Positions 10,102-20,467 of a stretch of 64,000 nucleotides of DNA are shown one piece after another (positions within the stretch are counted from its first letter, which is position 1; the number at the start of each line of letters is the position of its first letter). Position numbers and translations under genes: made by a program. This DNA is from an uncultured Methanoregulaceae archaeon (GTDB lineage: Archaea > Halobacteriota > Methanomicrobia > Methanomicrobiales > Methanospirillaceae). Where the stretch lies: contig OY970343.1 in the NCBI GenBank assembly GCA_963717525.1, forward strand, positions 1,280,001 through 1,344,000. The letters are read 5' to 3'. The notes under the pieces were generated by a model. It ran no database searches. It saw nothing but the letters and a program-made list of their open reading frames with translations, and had not been told where the DNA came from.

Positions 10102-10721
10102 CATTGTGCAGAGTGAGATCACTCTTAATGTAAAAATCTGGAATGCTGCTGGTGATTGTCAGAGAATGTATCGTGTTGAGTTTAAATTTTTAGCATATGC
10201 TTAATAGAATTTGCAATATAATACTGCGCGGCAAATATATTATCAAGTATGCACGGCAGTAAAAGAACGAGAGGCCAACGAATCAGAACCTCTGGACTGG
10301 TCCAGATCCCCAGTTTTTTCTGGCGGTTTTTTGGGAGCCGGAAATTCTTTAAAATTTTAAATTTTTGCGTTTTCTTATAATCCCTATTAAAGGAACGACG
10401 TAAAAATCAAATTTAAAAGGATTCCGGCGACTAATGCGGCAGGAAAAATCCAACCCGGGAAACCGGACATCGATGACCGTAAACGCCTTAGGATCCCGGA
10501 AAAATAGATTACTTCCCGCTGTTCCGGAACACCACGATCGCCCCGATGACCGGCACCGCATCGGGCCCGGACCGGGGCGTATTGGCAGGCAGCGGAATTT
10601 TCTTCGCGCTCCAGTATGGGGCCAGAGGAGCCGGGATCTCTCCATTTTAGAGAGAAAGGATTACAAAAATCCAGTGTTCAATCCCGAAAGTATAACCTAT
10701 GTGGGTGATAATCCCTACATC

Positions 10722-11858
10722 ATGAAAGGGTCATATCGGATCGGGCGGATATTCGGCATTCCTATTCTCATCCATTACACGTTCCTGATCGTGATCCCAC
10801 TTTTAGCGTGGATCATAGGGAGCCAGATCTCGCTGACGACAGATACTATCAGAGGGATCTTCCAGGTCCCGATAGATACATCCCTGATCACAGCGGGATT
10901 CATGCCTTGGATCCTCGGAACCGTCGTCGCACTCGGTCTCTTTTTGGGCGTCCTTGTCCACGAAATAGCCCACTGCATCATCGCCCGGCAAAATGGCGTG
11001 AAGATCCAGAGCATCACCCTGCTGATCTTCGGTGGCGTCTCCCAGATGGAAGACGTGGGGGTACCGGATCCGAAAGTCGAGCTCCCGATGGCACTTGCCG
11101 GGCCGCTCACCAGCCTTCTCGTCGGTATAGTTTGCGGGGGTATTGTCTTCTTTATACCCGAAATGACCACAGACACCGCGACTGCCGGCGTCCTCATTCT
11201 TATCTTCGGATATCTCTCATTCCTTAACGTCATCCTCTTCGCATTTAACCTGATTCCTGCCTTCCCCATGGATGGCGGCAGGGTGCTCCGGGCGGAGCTG
11301 GCGAAACGGATGCCACTCCATAAGGCGACCCGGATCGCCGCCAACGTTGGCAAGGCTTTTGCGATTATTTTTGGCATCGTCGGCCTTATATTCTTCAACC
11401 CGTTCCTGATCCTGATTGCCCTTTTTGTCTACATCGGGGCTAGCTCGGAATCTACCATGGACCAGTTCACCTACCTGCTGCATGATGTAACGGTGGGTAC
11501 CACGATGAGTTCTCCGGTGACGGTCGTGGCGCCGACCCTGACGCTTGCAAAGGTGATCGAGATGATGCTGATCAGCAAGCACCTTGGATTCCCGGTCGTA
11601 GAACAGGATAAACTTGTAGGCATGATTACGCTTGTGGATGTGAACCGTATCCCGCAAATCGATCGCGAGACGATGCAGGTCCGCAACATCATGACTCACG
11701 ATCCAATCACCCTCCCGCCATCTGCACCGGTCATGGACGCCTTCAGAATCATGTCGGCCCGAAACATTGGGAGGATTCCGATAGTTCAAGAGGGACGAGT
11801 CGTCGGGATTGTGACCCGAACCGATATCCTGAAAGTGACAGAGCTAAAAAAGATCTAA
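10722..11858 (+). CDS. Site-2 protease (M50) with two CBS domains
   Basis: HEIAH, ALAGP, NLIPAFPMDGGR, C-terminal CBS pair; start MKGSYRIG. Confidence 0.93.
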   Translation: MKGSYRIGRIFGIPILIHYTFLIVIPLLAWIIGSQISLTTDTIRGIFQVPIDTSLITAGFMPWILGTVVALGLFLGVLVHEIAHCIIARQNGVKIQSITLLIFGGVSQMEDVGVPDPKVELPMALAGPLTSLLVGIVCGGIVFFIPEMTTDTATAGVLILIFGYLSFLNVILFAFNLIPAFPMDGGRVLRAELAKRMPLHKATRIAANVGKAFAIIFGIVGLIFFNPFLILIALFVYIGASSESTMDQFTYLLHDVTVGTTMSSPVTVVAPTLTLAKVIEMMLISKHLGFPVVEQDKLVGMITLVDVNRIPQIDRETMQVRNIMTHDPITLPPSAPVMDAFRIMSARNIGRIPIVQEGRVVGIVTRTDILKVTELKKI

Positions 11859-11872
11859 CAAGGGGAAGGCTC

Positions 11873-12349
11873 TTACGAACCGACCAGGATTGGAGTCTGT
11901 ACCTCAGACGCCATTTTCTGCATGGAATGAGGTACCGCAGGGGCGTGATGCGAAGATTCTTTTGGCGGTTCCCATACGGCGTGTTCGGAATGTCCGGTTA
12001 AGATCTGATTCTGCTGTGTAAGTGTTGCAAGGATCTGCCGGTTGACTTCGAGGCTCTCATTGGCGAGTGCGGAGATCTCGCCCAAGATCTTTGTCTGTTC
12101 GGCGATTAAAGCCGCGATATCTTGCGCGGATTTTGTCCCGGCTTCTTTTGTAGTAATGGACAGAGGCCGTTTTTTTGCAAATTCACTCCTGCGTTTCCAG
12201 ATTTTTGAGATACTATCAAGACCTTTTTTGGTATCAGGGAACACCTTGAAGTATCGATCATAAAATTCATGACTATCCTTGCACTGGAGGACGAGGTCGA
12301 TTTCCGCTTCCTCGACCACCTGGTATTTGCGGACGGGGATTTTCTCCAT
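11873..12349 (-). CDS. Hypothetical protein with coiled coil
   Basis: 158-aa ORF with protein-like composition; no motif recognised. Confidence 0.65.
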   Translation of the reverse strand: MEKIPVRKYQVVEEAEIDLVLQCKDSHEFYDRYFKVFPDTKKGLDSISKIWKRRSEFAKKRPLSITTKEAGTKSAQDIAALIAEQTKILGEISALANESLEVNRQILATLTQQNQILTGHSEHAVWEPPKESSHHAPAVPHSMQKMASEVQTPILVGS

Positions 12350-12460
12350 AGCACCGGATCACTCACTGAGGGAGATAAAGGGGCGGCCATGAGGGGGGTG
12401 AAAGTGAAGAGGAGTCAGTAATACGAAGACCTCCCTCTGAAATGTCGAGTTTATTCAACT

Positions 12461-12880
12461 TTATACCCGCAATTGAGACTGTACCGATTGTGAATCCGTT
12501 TTCAGCGGTTCACAAGCATGCGCCATCTTCTGAACAATCAACGCAAGCTGGGATTGTGCTTCTTTGTCATGTGGATTTAACTTCAGGACTTTATCGAGTG
12601 CGCGGAGTGCCTCGGTATCTTTCTTGAGATGCACAAAAGCCAGACTCTTATTGAACAACGCGTTTGTGAATTGTGGATCAATGTCAGTTGCTTGCCCGAA
12701 GGCATTCACTGCATCAATGTATTTTCCTTGTCTGAATTGGATAATGCCGATGTTATTCCAGATGGTGGCGTTATTGTTATCGGTTCGAATAAGTGCCTGA
12801 AATAAGACGAGTGCCTCGTCCAATTGACCCTGTTCGGCGAGTTCGGTTGCCTCATTGAACAGATCGAACGCGTCGGGCAT
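12461..12880 (-). CDS. TPR repeat protein
   Basis: IWNNIGIIQFRQGKY..A..AF..A..DP, ALFNKSLAF..L..ALDKVLKLNP; start taken as MPDAF. Confidence 0.85.
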   Translation of the reverse strand: MPDAFDLFNEATELAEQGQLDEALVLFQALIRTDNNNATIWNNIGIIQFRQGKYIDAVNAFGQATDIDPQFTNALFNKSLAFVHLKKDTEALRALDKVLKLNPHDKEAQSQLALIVQKMAHACEPLKTDSQSVQSQLRV

Positions 12881-13261
12881 AATTATCGTGTCGTAGTGGT
12901 GAAGGGATGAAGGTTGTGGATACGGGGTGGATACCGAAAAAGTCTGGTACGCCCGGAACTGCTCCAGGAGATTGCCTCCCGACTTTCGATGGTAGGTACT
13001 CACACAGGCGTTCGTTCCAGTGGAAATAAAGGGGTATAAAAATATTTTCAATTTGTCGGATTGGCTTAAAAATCCTCAAAAGGATATGAAATCTAAAATG
13101 CGGTGCGATAAAAGGAAATTTTGATGAGTTCTCTTTATCTAAAACACTTATACCACTATAATGAAGATTGGTGCGACGAAGTCCATGAGAAACACTGCGC
13201 TCACTACCTAATTAACACCTCGAACACCTTGCTATATCAACAAAACCAAAAATCCCCCTTT

Positions 13262-13815
13262 TTACAGGATGTTTTCGAGCTTCTGTTCGAGGACGTCAAG
13301 TCCCTTCTTGACGGCTTCAAGATTTTTGCCACCGGTGAGAATAGCTTTCCTGAAGAGAAGATTAACACAACGATCTTGGGATCTTTGATCCGGTATACAA
13401 GCCCGGGGAACTGTTCGGGTTCGTACTCGATATTTTCGACATTGAATGTGACGACTACCTTGTTGAGATTGATGGATTTACCGAGATCGTAGGAACAGAC
13501 CATATTGGTGATCGCAACTTTGGGCACTTTGAGGGTTTCAAAACCCGCCTCATTTAACGATTTGATGAGGGCAGCAAGTCCGTCTGTAAGCGCCTTATTG
13601 CTACGAAGGCCGGTCAGCACTATCTTGCCCGTCGAAAAAATCAGGGATGTAATCCTAGGTTCATCGATACGATATACTGCGCCGGGAAACCGTTTCTTAT
13701 TGAGTTCGCAGTTCTTGACCTTATTTGACAACTCAACAAGATCTATCGAATCGGCGATGACGCCCGACGCAACGATATTCTCAATCTTCAAGGATTCATA
13801 TCTTTTATCAGCCAT
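13262..13815 (-). CDS. tbp: TATA-box binding protein, frameshifted at ~13343
   Basis: IENIVASG, FPGAVYRI, LIFSTGKIVLTG, EYEPEQFPGLVYR; adding one base restores GKLILTGGKNLEAVKKGL..ENIL* with stop at 13262. Confidence 0.93.
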
Positions 13816-13933
13816 CTCTTCCTTCTATGACGTTCTTTGAAGCATAAGACTAATGGACAATCTTTATGACACTGAAAAAACCCGGCAAAGATCCACAAGA
13901 AATTATTTCAGGGCCCTTGGAGGATTAAGGATT

Positions 13934-14962
13934 ATGGAAAACAAGGCCCCCGTAAGATTGTCCCACCCCGGTGATCGCGAAATCACGTGAACGATCACGC
14001 TTGAAGAGCACTATGCCAGCCCGGCATTCCTGGACGGCCCGGGACGAAACCTCAGGGAACAGCCCGGGATGACCGGGCGTTTCGGGTATGGGAACCCTGC
14101 CGAAGATTTGTTGGATCTCGGTGAGAAGAGAATCGCTGAAATGGATGCCGCAGGTATCGACGTGCAGGTATTGTCGCTGACCGACCCCTCCGTGCAGCAA
14201 CTTGATGCGGACGCGGCCGTAGATCTGGCCCGTGAAGCGAACGACTATCTTGCGGACGCGGTCAGGCTATATCCGCAGCGGTTCGCGGGATTTGCCACGC
14301 TCCCAACTGCTGCTCCCGACATTGCTGCCGATGAGCTGGAGCGCATGGTCAAAGAACATGGCTTCAAAGGAGGATGGATCAATGGACACACCCGGGGCTG
14401 CTACCTCGATGACAAATTCTTCTGGCCTATCTTAGAGCGTGCTGATGCGCTCAAAGTTCCCCTCTGCATTCATCCGACACCCCCACCGGCGCCGGTGATT
14501 GAAACGTACTATTCGGGCTTCTCACCAGAGGTAACATTCGGCTTATCCCGGCACGGGTGGGGCTGGCATATCGAGACTGCGGTCCATGTCCTCCGTCTCA
14601 TCCTCGGTGGAGCGTTCGACCGGTTCCCGGATCTCCAGATTGTTATCGGCCACTTGGGAGAGGCTCTTCCCTTTATGATGCCCCGGCTCGACAAAGGTCT
14701 GTCCACGAACGTAACGAAGCTTGAGCATCCTGTGGCAGACTACCTCCGGGAGAATGTGTACTATTCGTTCAGTGGTTTCAACTTTACCCAGACCTTCCTC
14801 AACCTGTATCTTCAGGTCGGGGCCGACCGGATCATGTTCTCTGCCGACTACCCGTATAGTTCCATGGCGGAAGCACGCACCTTCCTCGAAAACCTCCCGG
14901 TGAGCCGTGCGGATAAGAACAGGATAGCGCACGGAAACGCGGAACGCCTCCTGCGGCTCTGA
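13934..14962 (+). pseudogene. Amidohydrolase_2 family (aromatic acid decarboxylase-like) with in-frame TGA at 13988
   Basis: ITLEEHY motif lies upstream of the annotated ORF start and directly after an in-frame TGA; IHPT, GHLGE, FSADYPY. Confidence 0.75.
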
Positions 14963-15072
14963 TACCTTCCCGAAGAGTACGTAAAAAGAGGTGGTTTTCC
15001 TTTTGGGAAAGTCCGGGAGGAACAGGCATTCCGCCAATGATGCACTTCCTGCCGGCAAAACCGGAATCTTTT

Positions 15073-15486
15073 TTAGCGCTTCCAGATTTCCAGGCTCGAC
15101 ATATTCTTCCCGTGATACGCAATCTCGCCTGCGGTAAACACGATCACGACAAAATCCGGATTCTCCGGCGTTTTGAAGTGCTGTTCGAGCATCGGGTTCC
15201 AGTACTTCTTTTTCGTTGCAATATCTTCGTGGACTTTGCCCTTTGCCTTGATCTCGACATACGGGTCGGAATATTCCTTTCCCGACCAGATGGCAAGAGC
15301 CGTGTCAGGGTTTTTCTTCAGCTGTTCGACCTTTTTCGAGGATTTCATCGTCGCCCCGACGAGGGTCATGTCAGGTAAGCCGGCAAGCACCATGAACCGG
15401 ACTGCCGGGAGCTTACCGTCCAGTGTTGCAACCGCTGCAACATGAGGACCATTGATAACTTCCATGATCTGCTCTTTGAGTGGCAT
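15073..15486 (-). CDS. Pyridoxamine 5'-phosphate oxidase-like / general stress protein 26 family
   Basis: VATLDGKLPAVRFM, T.KSSKKVEQLKKNP, YVEIKAKG, KYWNP. Confidence 0.85.
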   Translation of the reverse strand: MPLKEQIMEVINGPHVAAVATLDGKLPAVRFMVLAGLPDMTLVGATMKSSKKVEQLKKNPDTALAIWSGKEYSDPYVEIKAKGKVHEDIATKKKYWNPMLEQHFKTPENPDFVVIVFTAGEIAYHGKNMSSLEIWKR

Positions 15487-15720
15487 GGAAGCCATTCTCA
15501 TCCATGATCGTATAAATGTACGGATTGGGGAAATTGAGATACGGTCTATCATGGCCAGTCTCATACCAAACCGGTTGCGATATGATTAGGCACTGACGCG
15601 TCTGCGTGACGTTTGAATAGTCAACGTTAATGGGGTCACGCCATTATCGTTTTTCCATAAGCCCATTAACGCAACAGCAACCGCAGATGCAACAGAATCA
15701 TCGATACTTATATATCAAAT

Positions 15721-15738
15721 TAGTTGCTCAGTCAACCA
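15721..15738. promoter_or_regulatory. Putative MarR operator directly downstream of a TATA-like box
   Basis: TAGTTG-CTCAGT-CAACCA after TTATATAT (15708-15715); same GTTG-N6-CAAC core as 17991-18004. Confidence 0.5.
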
Positions 15739-15801
15739 TGTCCAATCTCTTCCTTTCTAAAAGTTAGTTCAACGAGGGAAATCCCAAAACAAAATGGAGG
15801 C

Positions 15802-16488
15802 ATGAAGAAAATGAAAATTATCGGAATTAATGGGAGTCCCAGAAAAAAAGTGAGTACTACCCTGAAATTAATGCAGGCCGTGCTTGACGGGGCTAAAGAA
15901 GCGGGAGCAAAAACGGAAGTCATCGATATCTGTAAACTGAACATCAATTTCTGTACCGGTTGTTTATCCTGTTTTGAAACCGGGGAGTGCGTCTATGACG
16001 ATGATGTCGCATCTCTCATCGAAAAAATGAAGATGGCTGATGGCATTGTCCTGGGATCGCCAGTGTATATCGACAGCGTAACCGCACAGCTCAAACGCTG
16101 GATTGACCGGTCTGCCAACTCATATCACTGCATGACACTTCTTGGTCTTGGAAAATATGGCTGTGCAGTCTCCACGTCGGGAGGATTCAAAGAACAGGAA
16201 GTCGTTGAGTACCTGAACCATGTAATAACCGATTTCGGGGTTGTCCCTATCGGCGGTGTGGGAGTTGCAATGGCCAAAGGGCCGGAAGCATTTGCTGACG
16301 CAATGAGCAAAGCGCATGACCTTGGTCGGGACCTTGTCCTTGCAATAAAAAAGGAGAAACGGTTCCCTGAAGGTGAAGCCCGGGTCCAGGAACGGAAGGA
16401 ATTGTTCAAAAATCTGGTCAATTCAAACAAGGATATATGGCAGTTCCAGTACCAGTTCTGGAAGGAGAGAGGAGAGACTAAACCATGA
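15802..16488 (+). CDS. Iron-sulfur flavoprotein / NADPH-dependent FMN reductase family
   Basis: GINGSPRK, CTGCLSC..GEC..DD, LGSPVY; GGAGG RBS. Confidence 0.9.
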   Translation: MKKMKIIGINGSPRKKVSTTLKLMQAVLDGAKEAGAKTEVIDICKLNINFCTGCLSCFETGECVYDDDVASLIEKMKMADGIVLGSPVYIDSVTAQLKRWIDRSANSYHCMTLLGLGKYGCAVSTSGGFKEQEVVEYLNHVITDFGVVPIGGVGVAMAKGPEAFADAMSKAHDLGRDLVLAIKKEKRFPEGEARVQERKELFKNLVNSNKDIWQFQYQFWKERGETKP

Positions 16489-16616
16489 GGATAATGTCGA
16501 CGTCTCTCTTCGGGCAGGTCATGTGCGGAGGAGATCGCCCGGAGACGGGTGGGGCATGCGCCCCCTCTTGAATTTCAATAAGGAACAGGTAATCTTGCAC
16601 GTACTTATAAGGTGAT

Positions 16617-17396
16617 ATGAAAATGGCACCAATATCATTTAGAGAAATCGGACAGCAACTTGCGACAGCATTCCGGATGAAGACCCGCCCCCTTGCAGTG
16701 TACGGCTCTGATGTCCTGCCGCCGGGTATTCCCCGGCTGGCTGAGGTGAACCGCTGTTTTGCGGTCTCATTGTACCGGATGGCAAGCGATACGAAAGTGT
16801 CAGCGATTTATCTCAGTGCTGACACCAGCGAAGGCTGCTGTCCCGGTGGGCTCTTCCATGTGGGATACATTCCGGTGCCCGATGAGATCAAGTATTTTGT
16901 ATCGACCGGAAGGAAAGACGTTCGCGGCGGAGCTGCGGAGTACCTGAAGGCAAGCCCGGAGCTGATCGATCGCTGCTCGGTGGCGGCAGGGCCAATCCAC
17001 CCGCCGGGGAAATACCTTGTTGTACAGGCGTGCGACGCCCTTCCCGATCCCATGCCCGCCGTCAGGTCCCTCTGCTGCTTTGGCACCGGCGAGCAGATCC
17101 GGAACATGGCGGCCCTCATCCACTTTGACCGGGACGATCCGTTCTCACCGGTGATTGTTCCCGGGGGATCTGCCTGTTCGACCTATATCACGTTCCCGGC
17201 AAGCCTTGCGGAGAACACGCCGCATGACACTGCGTTTATGGGCCCGGAGGACCCGACACAGAACCATTCCCTTCCCCCGGAAATGATGGCGCTGGGGATT
17301 CCTGCGGATATGGCCGTCAGGATGGTAAAAAACCTGGATTCGTCATTTATCGTGAAACGACCGCAGGTAGCGTTCCCCCGTCACCTAGAAAAATGA
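16617..17396 (+). CDS. DUF169 family protein
   Basis: MKTRPLAVY, CCPGG, YFVSTG, GSACS, GPEDP. Confidence 0.65.
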   Translation: MKMAPISFREIGQQLATAFRMKTRPLAVYGSDVLPPGIPRLAEVNRCFAVSLYRMASDTKVSAIYLSADTSEGCCPGGLFHVGYIPVPDEIKYFVSTGRKDVRGGAAEYLKASPELIDRCSVAAGPIHPPGKYLVVQACDALPDPMPAVRSLCCFGTGEQIRNMAALIHFDRDDPFSPVIVPGGSACSTYITFPASLAENTPHDTAFMGPEDPTQNHSLPPEMMALGIPADMAVRMVKNLDSSFIVKRPQVAFPRHLEK

Positions 17397-17436
17397 TCTT
17401 GCAAAACCGGGGATTATTCCGGGGAGGAACTTTTTT

Positions 17437-17910
17437 TCATTTCATAAGTTCGGTGATAATCGTCGTATCCTCCAGTTCCATCGCATGCATCACATTGGCA
17501 ACAATCTTTCTCGTAAGTTCTTTCAGTACCAGACTCTCAATTTCGGTGAATCCAGAGATGAGGATCGAGTTCCATTCCTGAGATAACTGAGTGATAGCGG
17601 GTTCGATCTCCCTCCCTTTTGGTGTCAGGAAGATCCGGTTCGCCCGGCCATCCGTTTTATCCTGAATGCGGGATACATATCCTTCCCGCTCAAGTTTGTC
17701 CATTGCACGGGCAATCGTTGCTTTGTTAAAAAGAAGCCTCTTTGCAATTGTCTCCTGGTTCAATCCATCTTCACGGTAGAGCAGCTTCAGAAATGGGAAC
17801 TGTCCGTAGCTCAGATTGTACGGTTTGAGCCGTTGCGAGTAAAAAGCAGACTGGGCCCGCAACAGATAGGAAACGACTCCTCCGAGATGGTAATCCTGCA
17901 TACGATACAC
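17437..17910 (-). CDS. MarR family transcriptional regulator
   Basis: LSYGQFPFL..L, QETIA..L..NKATIARA..KLE..GYV.R..D..DGR..IFLTPKG. Confidence 0.93.
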   Translation of the reverse strand: MYRMQDYHLGGVVSYLLRAQSAFYSQRLKPYNLSYGQFPFLKLLYREDGLNQETIAKRLLFNKATIARAMDKLEREGYVSRIQDKTDGRANRIFLTPKGREIEPAITQLSQEWNSILISGFTEIESLVLKELTRKIVANVMHAMELEDTTIITELMK

Positions 17911-17989
17911 CTTGATCTCTTCAAAACCATAAACCCTGCTGTGTAAAATGTTTCATCAATCGAAACTCAGGGGAGTCTTAATATACCAT

Positions 17990-18005
17990 AGTTGAGTATG
18001 CAACT
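17990..18005. promoter_or_regulatory. Putative MarR autoregulatory operator
   Basis: AGTTG-AGTATG-CAACT inverted repeat upstream of the MarR gene. Confidence 0.55.
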
Positions 18006-18178
18006 GTTTATACCATAACTTAAGGAAATAGGATAGGATAATTGAGCGGTCGGTGACCGATATTTCACCGCATTAAAAATTCCTTGCCCCGTTAATTTAT
18101 CACAACCAGCAATTCACACACCCGACAGGGGCACATACCTTAGATTGAGAGAAAACAAGAAGAATGGAGGAAAAATCA

Positions 18179-19632
18179 ATGCCAGAAGTCTGTATAGGAT
18201 TTGAAGTGCACCAGCCATACCGGCTGAACCGGCACTTTTCGCCTAATCCAAAGAAGAAGAATAAAGATCAGTATGACTATATTTCGATGAGTTGAATCGG
18301 GAAGTGCTGGAACGGGTATCTGAAAAGTGTTACGTGCCGGCCACGAAGATCATTCTGGAAAAACTGGACGAAGGGTTTCATTGTTCATTTTCCTTTTCCG
18401 GGACGCTTATCGAGCAGCTGGAGAAGTGGCAACCGGATGTCCTGGCTCTCTTTGACCAGGTTGCCCGTCACCGGAATTCCGAGTTGCTCGGGCAGACTTA
18501 CTACCACAGCATTGCCGGCTGCTTTGGTGACAAATCGGAATTTATCGAGCAAGCTGGGATGCATACCGACCTGATGTATGACCTTTTCAAGATCCGACCC
18601 ACAGTCTTTGAAAATACCGAGTTCACGTTCAATAACCAGATCGCCAGTTGTGTAAAAGATATGGGCTATGCTGGCATATTCACCGAGGGTGTGGAACGGA
18701 TACTCGACTGGCGCAGCCCGCACCATATCTACACCTGTAATGATTTGCCCGTTCTGCTCCGCGATTTTCAGCTTTCCGATGATATCGCGTTCCGGTTTGG
18801 CAACCAGGGCTGGAACAAGTACCCGCTGACTGCGGATACCTATGCTGACTGGATTCGCGGCACATCCGGGGATCTCGTCAATCTCTTTCTGGATTATGAG
18901 ACTTTCGGGGAACACTTCTGGAAAGAGACCGGGATCCTTAATTTCCTCTCCTACCTTCCCACAGAGCTGGAGAAACGGGGAATCCGGACTACCCTGCCCA
19001 CGGAAGCACTGGAGAGTTACCCTCCGGTTGGTACGATCGATGTCAAGGATACCATCTCTTGGGCTGATATCGAGAAGGACGCGTCCGCATGGATGGGCAA
19101 CGAGCGGCAGCACACGGCATACTCCGCGATCCAGAAAGCGGCGGCCTTTGCAAAGGACAAAGAAATCTGGCGGTATCTCCAGACAAGCGACCATTTCTAT
19201 TATATGGCCTCCAAGTACGGGACCTCTGGCGAAGTACACAACTACTTCAGCCATCACGAAGCCGAGGATGCGTTCCGGACGTACATGGCGATCCTTGCCG
19301 ATTTTGAGGAACGTAACATACGGGCGGCGAAGAACAAAAAATCGGCAAAGACCCTCCGGACACTGACACCGGAAGAGGCGTTTCACTTTGCATCTCCCTC
19401 CGGCCATGTCGGGTATGCAGCATACAGTCTCGACCAGTTCTGTGACCTGCTCCGGGTGGTACCCGCCGACTCGATAACGTACCACCAGGAACGGGGGGAT
19501 ATCGCCCACTGGATTGAACATACGCTTTTCGACCAGAAACTGGCCGCGGACGTTACCGGCCTCATGGACCGTCAGGAACTGATCACCCTGATCGATGAGC
19601 GGAGGCAACTGTTATGGAGTCGATTACAGTAG
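18179..19632 (+). CDS. Glycoside hydrolase family 57 (alpha-amylase-like) with C-terminal extra domain, frameshifted at ~18277
   Basis: MPEVCIGFEVHQPYRL at ATG 18179 after GGAGG; QTYYHS, NTE, SDDIAFRF, DYETFGEH, LQTSDHFYYM. Confidence 0.9.
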
Positions 19633-19651
19633 CGTTCTTCTGCGAGAGATC

Positions 19652-20467
19652 ATGATCATACAGCACAGCAGTTCCGGCCCGATAACAGGATATCCCGGCC
19701 CTGTCCACTGGGAAGGTCCCCTGCCCGTACCTGATATACGGGATGTGAGGGAGCTGGCGGGCGCTCTTGCTGTGCCGGGTTGTTCCGTTAACGGGCCTGT
19801 TTATTACATGTACCGGGATGTGGCCCGTTCACCCGAAGACCGCCAGTGGCTTCATGAGCGGAAGATCCGCTTCGATATCACCGTCATCCCGCCACGGGAT
19901 CTTTGTGGGGAGTGTGTGAAGACCAAAGGGCACTATCACCCGGCAAATCCCACCGGTACCGGTTACCCGGAGATCTATGAGGTGCTGGAGGGCGAGGCGC
20001 ACTACCTGATCCAGACCCGGGACTGTGCGGATGTGGTGATGATCGCCGCCACTGCTGGGGAGATCGTTGTGGTGCCCCCGGGATACGGCCACGTCACGAT
20101 CAATCCTTCCCGCACGGCCGTTCTCCAGATGGCAAACCTTGTCTCGTCTGCATTCCAAAGCGAGTTCCAGGCCTACGAGGATCTCCGCGGAGCGGTCTTT
20201 TACGAGATGACAACAGGGGCGTTTGTAAAAAATCTGCGTTACCCACAAAAATCCCGGTTGAGGCTCGTTAAAGCCGGCCACATTGCCGGCGTGAAAGATA
20301 CGGTCAGCGACCCCCTCTATGATCTTGTGGAAAAGCGGGCGGCGATCCTTGGCTTTCTCAACTACCCTGAAGAATACCAGGCACTCTTTTCCAGGATCTA
20401 CCCGGAAGGTACGATGGCATCCTCCGGTGATTACAACCTGAACCGGGTGAACATACATGCTGATTAA
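19652..20467 (+). CDS. Cupin-type archaeal glucose-6-phosphate isomerase
   Basis: YYMYRD, RFDITVIPP, KTKGHYH, YPEIYEVLEG, PPGYGHVTINP; start uncertain. Confidence 0.85.
   Translation: MIIQHSSSGPITGYPGPVHWEGPLPVPDIRDVRELAGALAVPGCSVNGPVYYMYRDVARSPEDRQWLHERKIRFDITVIPPRDLCGECVKTKGHYHPANPTGTGYPEIYEVLEGEAHYLIQTRDCADVVMIAATAGEIVVVPPGYGHVTINPSRTAVLQMANLVSSAFQSEFQAYEDLRGAVFYEMTTGAFVKNLRYPQKSRLRLVKAGHIAGVKDTVSDPLYDLVEKRAAILGFLNYPEEYQALFSRIYPEGTMASSGDYNLNRVNIHAD

Noticed and set aside
10434..10721. N-terminal extension of the M50 protease
   Set aside because: Low-complexity, non-family sequence; family-like sequence begins at MKGSYRIG (10722).
18385..19608. Long antisense ORFs (also 20847-22028, 22200-23507, 52091-53518, 52455-53693)
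   Set aside because: Shadow frames of GC-rich, clearly identified genes on the opposite strand; no motifs.
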